Shown one piece after another: positions 20,238 through 27,546 of a stretch of DNA of 64,000 bases (positions are counted from its first letter, which is position 1; the number at the start of each line of letters is the position of its first letter). The stretch covers positions 239,099 through 303,098 of the forward strand of contig JBMNIQ010000002.1 in assembly GCA_050951095.1 (NCBI GenBank), read 5' to 3'. Source of the DNA: Eggerthellaceae bacterium (lineage in GTDB: Bacteria; Actinomycetota; Coriobacteriia; Coriobacteriales; Eggerthellaceae). Both the position numbers and the translations under genes were made by a program. The notes under the pieces are model-generated. The model did not search any database, was not told the origin of the DNA, and saw only the letters and a list, made by a program, of their open reading frames with translations.

Positions 20238-20292
20238 GTGACGATGGTGACGATAGTGACGATGATTGATATATAAGGGGCTTATCGTCACC
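20238..20292 (+). repeat. GTGACGAT palindromic module P3 (abuts the integrase 3' end)
   Basis: GTGACGATGGTGACGATAGTGACGATGA-TTGATATATAAGGGGCT-TATCGTCACC. Confidence 0.8.
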
Positions 20293-20355
20293 GTTGGCTC
20301 GATCGACCGGAGGCCGCCCCTCTTCTTGGTTTCCGCAGCGGTGTTTCTACGCTGC

Positions 20356-21720
20356 TTAGCCGGCTGCTCGCATGACGAATTCGTCCAGATCGCAGAGCTT
20401 GGCGCACTCCGTCACCACGAGCCCCGCTCCGTTGCATTCCTTGGCCCAGCAAGCGCCACGCGTTGCATCGTCGGGGGACTCCGTCCATTGCCTGCAGTTG
20501 CGACATTGGGTTTCATTGCCATTCGGCGCGACTAGCGTGCCTATTCTCCGCGCCGCCTCGCGCTTCCACTCGTCGTTGGTGTGGGTGTAGACGCTGTACG
20601 CCTGAAGGCTCTTGTGCCCGGAGAGGTCCCGTGTTGTCCTCTCGTCCATGCCGCAATCACGCGATAGGAAGGTCACATAGGTGTGGCGAAGGCCGTGGAA
20701 CCCAAACCCTTCCGGCACCGGGTAGCGCTTTCGCTCCTGCGCGAACCATCGGTCGAACCGCGCCTGCTGCACGTGGTTTCCCTTGCTGCTGCTGACGATG
20801 GGCATCCCGGTGCTCCATTTCAGGCCGACCTCGTCGCACCATTCTTGCTGGCTCTCCCGCCAACTCTCTAGCAGCGGAACGAGCGGAGGCGGGCAGGGAA
20901 CGATGCGCTCCTCGCCGTTCTTCGTGGACTTGGTCCTCTGGCTGTTCTTCTCCAGGCTGCGGCGGACGTCGAAAAGCCCCCTGTCGTAATCGTCCCAAGT
21001 GAGGGCGAGGACCTCGGAAAGGCGGAACCCGCACATCAACGCGAGGAGCACGCCCATCGGCAGCGCCGCGGGAGGCTCCGATGCGATCAAATCAAAGAGT
21101 TCCTGCGCCTGTCTCGGCGTGAGCGCAGACTTCTCAGGAGTGTCGTTCTTCGGTATGGTCGCCTTGTCGCATGGGTTCACGGTAATGAAGCCGTAGTCGA
21201 TCGCCTTGTTGAACATGCACGAGAGCACGCTATGGGTACGTCGCAGCGTCGTGCCGCTGTAAGGCTTTCCTCTGGGGTTAAGCTTGCCACCGGTGCGCAT
21301 CTCAGCGTACATCTTGTCGATGCTGAGGCTCGTTACCTGATCAAGGCGCTTTTTGCCGATATAGGGAATGGTTCTCGATAGGCATTCGCGGTCAGTTCTC
21401 ACCGTTCGGTTCGAAACGACCATCTGCCCCGCTCTCAGCTCGCAGTACGTCTCCGCGAACTCGCGCACAGTGGGAATGTGCTTGGCATCCTTCCGCCTCG
21501 CGTTGCGCCTGTATTCGGAGATGTTCGCTCGGTTGCCCCCGTGGTAAACGAAGTCGTTAATTTCCTTGAGGACGGAAACCGCTTCCGCCTCGCTCTCGAA
21601 ATCCTCCTGGTAAGCCTCGTACCGCTTCGTCTCATCGTTCCAACCGAGGGGGTAGCGAATCTGCCAAGTGCCGCTATTCCGTTGCCGGAAACTGCCCTTG
21701 TTATGCGGGATCTGCGCCAT
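20356..21720 (-). CDS. int: Tyrosine recombinase/integrase with a ~75-aa Cys-rich C-terminal tail
   Basis: Start at MAQIPHNKG (ATG 21720). Catalytic signature: GFRLSE (R), HGLRHTY (HxxR), GHKSLQAYSVYTH (H..Y). The tail is CRNC..C..C..C..C. Confidence 0.85.
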   Translation of the reverse strand: MAQIPHNKGSFRQRNSGTWQIRYPLGWNDETKRYEAYQEDFESEAEAVSVLKEINDFVYHGGNRANISEYRRNARRKDAKHIPTVREFAETYCELRAGQMVVSNRTVRTDRECLSRTIPYIGKKRLDQVTSLSIDKMYAEMRTGGKLNPRGKPYSGTTLRRTHSVLSCMFNKAIDYGFITVNPCDKATIPKNDTPEKSALTPRQAQELFDLIASEPPAALPMGVLLALMCGFRLSEVLALTWDDYDRGLFDVRRSLEKNSQRTKSTKNGEERIVPCPPPLVPLLESWRESQQEWCDEVGLKWSTGMPIVSSSKGNHVQQARFDRWFAQERKRYPVPEGFGFHGLRHTYVTFLSRDCGMDERTTRDLSGHKSLQAYSVYTHTNDEWKREAARRIGTLVAPNGNETQCRNCRQWTESPDDATRGACWAKECNGAGLVVTECAKLCDLDEFVMRAAG

Positions 21721-22897
21721 CGGCCCCCGCGGCCTTCCTGCGGTTGGCATCGCGCACGCGGCATGCGTCGCTGCAGTAGTCCTTGCGCGTTCCCCGCTCG
21801 TTGGAGAGCACGGCGTTGCCGCAGAGGCGGCACACGGTGATCCGCTTGCCCTCGTGGTACGAGAGCGCGTACCAGAGCGCCGAGGCGAACGAGCGGCACA
21901 GGATGCGCGGGGCGTCGATGTTCTCATGCTCGCCGGAAACGTCGTACTCCCAGCCCGCCTTCTCGCCCTCGAGGTCCAGGTTCACGTACTCGTAGCTGAA
22001 CGACTCGACCACGGAGCGGGCCATCGCCCCCTGGTCCCCGGAGTCCTCGACGCAGAGGTAGAGCGTCCGGTCCTCAGCCGGGACGCGGTTGGGGCGGAAA
22101 AGGCTCCCCCAGGAGGGCAGGTCGTCGGTGGCGAGGGGCTTGGTGGTGAAGAACACGCCCTCGTTTCGGGGGTCGGGATAGCTCGGCGTTATGTCGCCGA
22201 CTCCGGGGATGCTCGTCGCGCGCCTCGCCTTCGGGGCCATCGCCGAGAACAGCGGGTCAGAGGCCGCGTCCACCGCCGCGCTCTTGGCGGGCTTGGCGAA
22301 GAACGGGTTGAACTTGGCAGGTATCACGAGCAGGGGCGCGCCGATGCGCTTGTTGTCAACGCGCTCGAAGCCGGCCTTCGCGAAGATCTGCGGCTCGCCG
22401 CCCTCCATGAGGCCCTTGAGCCTTAGCGCCGTCGAGAGCTGGTTGCGCACGGCCATCCAGTCCTGCACGGGCTCTACCAGGACGGTGAACTCGTCGGAGA
22501 GCGAACCCATGCGCTCCGCGGCCCCCGCGCCGTCGCGGCAGTACTTCTCGACGAACTTCCCGAGCGCGAGGCCGTTGGCTCGCAGGCCCTCGGCGGAGTC
22601 CAGGAAGAGCTCGGCAGCAAGCACGTCGGCGTCGCAAGCGGTGAAGACGGCGGAGAGGAGCTTCGCGGCGTCCGCCGGCGCGAGCATGCGGGGAACCCCC
22701 GCCAGGCTCTCGACGGCGACGATCGGGGGCAGGCCGTCGACGATCTGCACGAGCGCCCCGGGGGCCTTCACGGCGAGGAGGGCGTTGAGCGCGGAGGGGT
22801 CCGGCTCGAAGCTCTCGCGCCTCGCGACGTCGGCGGGCACCGCCCTGACCAGGTAGTGCGTCCTCGTCTTTTTGTTCCTCGTGATGCAGGCGAGCAT
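21701..22897 (-). CDS. Orphan 398-aa protein with a C-terminal zinc-ribbon (CRLC...CSDAC), co-transcribed with int
   Basis: Its stop overlaps the integrase start by 20 nt. No family was recognised by eye. Confidence 0.6.
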   Translation of the reverse strand: MLACITRNKKTRTHYLVRAVPADVARRESFEPDPSALNALLAVKAPGALVQIVDGLPPIVAVESLAGVPRMLAPADAAKLLSAVFTACDADVLAAELFLDSAEGLRANGLALGKFVEKYCRDGAGAAERMGSLSDEFTVLVEPVQDWMAVRNQLSTALRLKGLMEGGEPQIFAKAGFERVDNKRIGAPLLVIPAKFNPFFAKPAKSAAVDAASDPLFSAMAPKARRATSIPGVGDITPSYPDPRNEGVFFTTKPLATDDLPSWGSLFRPNRVPAEDRTLYLCVEDSGDQGAMARSVVESFSYEYVNLDLEGEKAGWEYDVSGEHENIDAPRILCRSFASALWYALSYHEGKRITVCRLCGNAVLSNERGTRKDYCSDACRVRDANRRKAAGADGADPA

Positions 22898-23047
22898 GCG
22901 GGCCCCCTAGATGATCAAGTTACGTCTTTTAGGTCAGTATACCGTTAAATTACGCTATTGCAACATGCTTAGCCGTATGTGATAATCGCGCTAACGGCAT
23001 AATTATAAACGATGCTGTTAACCGTAAATCGAAGAAAGGAGCGAAGG

Positions 23048-23248
23048 ATGGACGAGCTGCTCAACCTCACGGAGGCGTGCGAGGTAATGCACGTGTCCTA
23101 CTCGAAGGGCCAGAAGCTGGCGAAGGCGGGCGCGCTGCCGTTCCGAAAGCTGGGAGCGACCTGGTACATATCCCGATCGGCGCTCTACCGCGAGCTCGGG
23201 ATGGAGGCACCGCGCGGTAAGGAGGAGGACGAGAAGACATGCGCATAG
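23048..23248 (+). CDS. Excisionase-family HTH DNA-binding protein
   Basis: LLNLTEACEVMHVSYSKGQKLAKAGALPFRKLGATWYISRSAL. AAAGGAG RBS. Divergent from the ORF398-int operon. Confidence 0.75.
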   Translation: MDELLNLTEACEVMHVSYSKGQKLAKAGALPFRKLGATWYISRSALYRELGMEAPRGKEEDEKTCA

Positions 23249-23352
23249 ACGAAACGCCCGCCGCGGCCGGTGAAATCTTGGCGGAAGACACGGCCGGGCA
23301 GGCGCCTGCGCCCGGAATCATACCATCCGGCACCGATGCGGGGGCGATGTAG

Positions 23353-23556
23353 ATGGCGCGCAGCTTCTTCTCCGACATGCTCGCCGATGAGCGCCTTCTG
23401 AGCAAGCACGGGCTCGACGCGTGGCCAGAGGAGCGCGAGCTCGCCCGCTACCTGTTCGACCTCGAGGGCAAGGTGGACGCGATCGCCAGGGCGAGCGGCC
23501 TCGCGGTCGAGAAGGACGTGCGGGGCAACTGGCAAGTCTCCCGCCTGGGGCGGTGA
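23353..23556 (+). CDS. Hypothetical 67-aa protein
   Basis: ORF ends 6 nt before the AAA ATPase start. No motif recognised. Confidence 0.4.
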   Translation: MARSFFSDMLADERLLSKHGLDAWPEERELARYLFDLEGKVDAIARASGLAVEKDVRGNWQVSRLGR

Positions 23557-23561
23557 GCCCC

Positions 23562-24566
23562 ATGGCAGCAGCGCTCGAGACGCACGACGCCCAGTGGCTG
23601 CTCGAGCAACCGCTTCCGAAGCACAGCTGGCTCGTGGAGGACCTGATCTCCTCCGGGCTCGTGCTCCTCGTGGGCGCGCCCAAGATCGGGAAGTCGTGGG
23701 CCTCGCTGCAGCTCGCCCTGGCCGTGAGCACCGGCCAGCCGTTCCTCGGGTTCGCCACCACGCAGGGCGACGTGCTCTACCTCTGCCTCGAGGACACCTT
23801 CCAGCGCGTCCAGCAGCGCCTGTTCCGCCTCACCGACGAGGCGAACGACCGGCTCCACTTCGCCGTGGACGCCGAGAAGCTCAGGTGCGGGCTCGTCGAG
23901 CAGCTCGAGGCCTTCGCCGGCGCGCACCCGAGCCTGCGGCTCGTCATCGTGGACACGTTCCAGGCTGTGCGCGTTCCCACGGCGGAGAGCGCCTACAAGG
24001 CGGACTACGGCGACCTGGGCGAGCTCAAGAGGTTCGGCGACGAGCGCGGGATAACCGTCGTGGCGGTGCACCACACCAGGAAGATGGGCGACCCGTCCGA
24101 CGTGTTCAACACGGTCTCGGGAACCAACGGGATCACGGGCAGCGCCGACGAGACCATGGTGCTCGCCAAGGCCAACCGCTACGACGGCACCGCCACCCTC
24201 AACGTCACCGGGCGCGACGTGGAGATGGCCGAGTACCGGCTGCGCTTCCGCGACTGCCGCTGGGAGCTCGTGGGCAAGACCAGCGAGGAGGAGCTCGAGG
24301 AGCGTGAGACGCCGGACGCCGTTCTCGCCGTGCTCGACTTCATGGCGGGCAACGTGACGGGTTGGCGCGGGACCGCCACGAGGCTCATAGCGGACGCGGG
24401 GATAGACGGGGTCAGGCCCAACGTGCTCTCGAAACTCCTCAACGAGCACAGCGACTTCATGGCCGAGCGGGGCGTGCGCTACTCGAGCACCAGAACGAAC
24501 GCAAGCCGCATGCTGCGCCTCGAGAACGTGCCTCCCGAACAATCCCGAGGGCGAGAATCGCGATGA
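23562..24566 (+). CDS. RecA-fold AAA ATPase of the RepA/AAA_25 type (island replication protein candidate)
   Basis: Start at MAAALETHD (ATG 23562). Walker A LLVGAPKIGKSW, Walker B LRLVIVDTFQ, sensor VVAVHHTRK. Confidence 0.75.
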   Translation: MAAALETHDAQWLLEQPLPKHSWLVEDLISSGLVLLVGAPKIGKSWASLQLALAVSTGQPFLGFATTQGDVLYLCLEDTFQRVQQRLFRLTDEANDRLHFAVDAEKLRCGLVEQLEAFAGAHPSLRLVIVDTFQAVRVPTAESAYKADYGDLGELKRFGDERGITVVAVHHTRKMGDPSDVFNTVSGTNGITGSADETMVLAKANRYDGTATLNVTGRDVEMAEYRLRFRDCRWELVGKTSEEELEERETPDAVLAVLDFMAGNVTGWRGTATRLIADAGIDGVRPNVLSKLLNEHSDFMAERGVRYSSTRTNASRMLRLENVPPEQSRGRESR

Positions 24567-24650
24567 TGGCAAGTAGCCTGATTCGTGCGCACAACGCTCA
24601 AATCGGGCGCTCGCCGGGATGCAGCTTGTTGCAGGTTCACGGGACAAAAC

Positions 24651-24846
24651 AGCACAATAGTGTGCTCTTTTGCCCCAGGATTTCCGTGCAGCAAGCTACC
24701 CATTGTGTGACACAAATCGTCACACAATGGATTTCGCATCGTTGATAGCAAGCTACCTATTGTGTGCGCACAAAGCGCGCACACAATCCCCGCTTGCCCG
24801 AAGGCCCGGGTCTCCCCACGCCCCGCCACTATGGAGGGTGGCGGGG
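24651..24846. promoter_or_regulatory. Cluster of hairpins/iterons sharing the CACACAAT/ATTGTGTG motif (candidate origin or operator array)
   Basis: Hairpins lie at 24651-24666, 24700-24730 (12-bp stem), 24759-24787 (11-bp stem) and 24821-24846. The two middle ones are each preceded by GCAAGCTACC (24691, 24748). Confidence 0.5.
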
Positions 24847-24991
24847 CCCGCCGGGCCTTCTCTCTTCGGCGATGCGATGTGGGGGGAGCCCCCGCGCCCC
24901 TGGGACAGAACAAAGCCCGAAAACCCACAGGCCGGAACCCCACACTCTCGGGTACCATTGGAAAACGGAAACCGATCACCCGGGAGCAACC

Positions 24992-25735
24992 ATGCCGATA
25001 GAATTCCGCGACGACTTGCCTTATGACCCGACCGACAAAAAGTCGGTAATCGCATATGCCGGCGCGCTCGTCGGCCACACGCTGCGCGAGGCGACCGACG
25101 CCGGCTCCATCGAGGTCCCGAAGGTCCGCCGCGGAGCTTTCGGCGACAGCGTCGAGTACAGCTACTTCGGAATCGAGCCGAACAGCGTGCAGGGCCCCGA
25201 TTTCCCCGAAGCGGGGCTCGAGCTCAAGACGACCCCGTTGAAGATGACCAAATCGGGCAAGCTCGCCGCCAAGGAGCGCCTCGTCATCACCATGATCGAC
25301 TACATGTCCGTCGTGGACGAGGAGTTCGAGACCAGCACGCTCGTCGACAAGGCGAGGGATATCCTGCTCGTCACCTACCTCTACGAGAGGGACAAGGACC
25401 CGCTCGACTACGTCGTGGAGCTCGCCACGGAGTGGGGCCTCCCCGAGGAGGACATGCCGGTGTTCAAGGAGGACTGGGAGACCGTCGTCGGCAAGGTGCG
25501 CGCGGGCAAGGCGCACGAGATCTCCGGCAGCGACACGCTCTACCTGGAGGCCTGCACCAAGGCGTCCGACTCGTCCATCCGGCGCAAGCAGCCCTTCTCG
25601 GACGTTCCCGCCAAGCAGCGCGGGCGCGACTTCGCAATCATCCTGTCGTGCCTGGCCGAGGAGGGGTACTCCGTGGAGTGGCGCGTGATCAACGCCGCCG
25701 AGTACGGCATGCCCCAGAAGAGGCGCGCGCAGGCG
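24992..25735 (+). pseudogene. Dead R-M system: Sau3AI/MutH-type endonuclease N-terminal part fused to an internal fragment of a C5 cytosine methyltransferase
   Basis: MPIEFRDD... contains DFPEAGLELKTTP and YLEACTKA (MutH/Sau3AI-like). After ...SDVPAKQRG the frame continues as DFAIILSCLAEEGYSVEWRVINAAEYGMPQKRR (Dcm motif VIII context), then it is cut by the IS. Confidence 0.6.
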
Positions 25736-27003
25736 CTCGCGTTTATCGCCTGGCGCGCTATCGCGAGCGCCTGCGCGCGCCTCTCCTCGCCGATCTCGGC
25801 GGGCTCCGGCCGCTCCGCGTAGAGCTCGGCGATCTTGCCGGCGGCGAAGTAGCGGGCCTCCGACCATTCCTCGTCCTGGTCGCACATCACGGCGCCCACG
25901 AGCCTCAGCAGCGAACCCGCAGACGGGAAGACCTGCACCACCCTCGACCTGCGCTTTATCTCGCGGTTGGTGCGCTCCTGCAGGTTGTTGGTACGCAGGC
26001 GCTTCCAGTGGGACCGCGGGAAGTCGAGGTACGCCAGCGCGTCCGGCTCGGCCTCCTCCATGATCGCCGCCGCCCTCGGGCAGCAGCCCTCGAGCATGTC
26101 GATGGCGACGTGGTACATGGCTCGGACGACGTCGGCGTCCTTTGCCCTGAACACGGGCGCGATTATCCTGGCGACGCGCCTGGAGAGCGGGCCGCGCCCG
26201 GCCTCGCGGATGCAGTTGCGCATCAGGTGCACGGCGCACCGCTGCCAGGCGGCGCCCTGGAACGCCTCTGCGATCGCGCGCTTTAGCCCCTCGTGGGCGT
26301 CGGACACGACGAGCTCCACGCCGCAGATGCCGCGCTCCCGCAGGCTTCTCAGGAAGGCCGTCCACGAGTCGTAGGACTCGGTGTCCACCACGTCGAAGCC
26401 CACGACGTGGCGCCAGCCGCCGTCGTCGCAGCCGATCGCGGTCACTACGGCGGTGGAGGCGACGTGCCCCTCCGACCTGCACTTGACGTAGGTGGCGTCG
26501 AGCCACAGGTAGGGCATCCTCGTGCCGCGCAGGTCGCGGCCGAGCAGCTCGTCGGCCTCGGCGTCCAGGCTCTGCGCGATGGCGCTCACCTGGTCCTTCG
26601 ACAGGCGCTCGATCCCCATCTTCGCCGCGACCTTGGCGACCTTGCGGGTGCTGGTGCCGGTGGCGTACATCTCCGCGACCGTTGCGGCCACCGCGCGGTC
26701 GACGCGCTGGTATCGCTCGATGACGTCCTCGGGGAAGAAGCTGCCGCTCCTGAGCTTGGGGATGCGCAGCGTGAGCGTGCCGACGCAGGTCGCGAGCTTG
26801 CGCTCCCTGTAGCCGTTGCGGGCGTTGCCGGTGGCGCCGCACAGCTGGTCGGCCTCGGCGCTCATGATCTCGTTCACCAGCGTCTCGGCCATGCACCTGA
26901 TGAGCTCCTGCATGTTGACGGTGCCGTCCGCGAACCTGGGCATCTGCTGGGGCGCCGGCGCGGTGACGGCCGCGTTCTCTGGTATGATTTCCATCGTGGT
27001 CAT
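25540..27003 (-). CDS. tnp: IS256-family (mutator-type) transposase; the last ~75 codons probably read through the IS end
   Basis: MTTMEIIPE... matches the typical IS256 layout (ADQLCGA, YLWLDATYVK, VVSDAHEGLK, WQRCAVHLMRN). Family proteins are ~410 aa. Confidence 0.85.
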   Translation of the reverse strand: MTTMEIIPENAAVTAPAPQQMPRFADGTVNMQELIRCMAETLVNEIMSAEADQLCGATGNARNGYRERKLATCVGTLTLRIPKLRSGSFFPEDVIERYQRVDRAVAATVAEMYATGTSTRKVAKVAAKMGIERLSKDQVSAIAQSLDAEADELLGRDLRGTRMPYLWLDATYVKCRSEGHVASTAVVTAIGCDDGGWRHVVGFDVVDTESYDSWTAFLRSLRERGICGVELVVSDAHEGLKRAIAEAFQGAAWQRCAVHLMRNCIREAGRGPLSRRVARIIAPVFRAKDADVVRAMYHVAIDMLEGCCPRAAAIMEEAEPDALAYLDFPRSHWKRLRTNNLQERTNREIKRRSRVVQVFPSAGSLLRLVGAVMCDQDEEWSEARYFAAGKIAELYAERPEPAEIGEERRAQALAIARQAINASACARLFWGMPYSAALITRHSTEYPSSARHDRMIAKSRPRCLAGTSEKGCLRRMDESDALVQASR

Positions 27004-27082
27004 TGCCTTTCACTCGAACCTGACTTGTCGTGATTTCAGATTCTAGGCGATGGCCACACCCTTTCACAGCGGCGCTATCGCG
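25750..27082 (-). mobile_element. IS256-family insertion sequence (boundaries approximate)
   Basis: Contains the transposase ORF. An 11-bp direct repeat GCGCTATCGCG at 25755-25765 and 27072-27082 may be the target duplication. I could not confirm terminal inverted repeats. Confidence 0.6.
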
Positions 27083-27286
27083 CCTCGGCCCTTACACCAA
27101 CTTTTCCGACGCGATCGCGCCTTCTGCATGGGCAACGCGCTCGTCGTGGGCATTCCTCATCGGATTGGAACAATCATAGCGGGAGAGCAAGAAGGGTAAT
27201 TTCTGGACTCGATGCCTGTTCGCATTCAGCGACTTCGGTGCATTGAAAGAACGCGACTGAAGGTATTGAGATCCAACCCATGGCCC

Positions 27287-27343
27287 GGTGACGATAAGAC
27301 CCTCTATATCGAAAAGACCGTCACCATCGTCACCATCGTCACC
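27287..27343 (-). repeat. GTGACGAT palindromic module P4 (inverted relative to P1-P3)
   Basis: The reverse complement reads GGTGACGATGGTGACGATGGTGACGG-TCTTTTCGATATAGAGGGTCT-TATCGTCACC. Confidence 0.8.
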
Positions 27344-27505
27344 GTTTCGCTGTAAGTAGGCTGAACCGGAGCGGTCTCCTGTTTCGCTAAATGGCGTAAA
27401 CGTCGGTTGCCGACGTGTGCTATCTGCGTCCATTTGTCGAGCTCATGAAAGAAATTCTGGCCAAATTCTGGCCATCGGGCCGAAAAGTATCCCCTAAAAC
27501 GCAAA

Positions 27506-27537
27506 GCAGGTCAGAGGAAAAATGTCCTCTGACCTGC
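27506..27537 (-). terminator. Terminator hairpin of tRNA-Arg
   Basis: GCAGGTCAGAGGA-loop-TCCTCTGACCTGC, followed on the minus strand by TTTGCGTTTT. Confidence 0.7.
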
Positions 27538-27546
27538 GGTTTCATC

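Noticed and set aside
24691-24790. The GCAAGCTACC direct repeats with palindromes were considered as a mini CRISPR array or a retron msr/msd.
   Set aside because: There are only two repeat units, the units are themselves different hairpins, and no cas gene or reverse transcriptase lies nearby. An iteron/operator interpretation is preferred.
25755-27082. Exact IS256 boundaries and an 11-bp target-site duplication.
   Set aside because: The repeat GCGCTATCGCG is itself nearly palindromic and GC-rich. No terminal inverted repeats could be confirmed, and 11 bp is longer than the 8-9 bp usual for the family. It is kept only as an approximate boundary.
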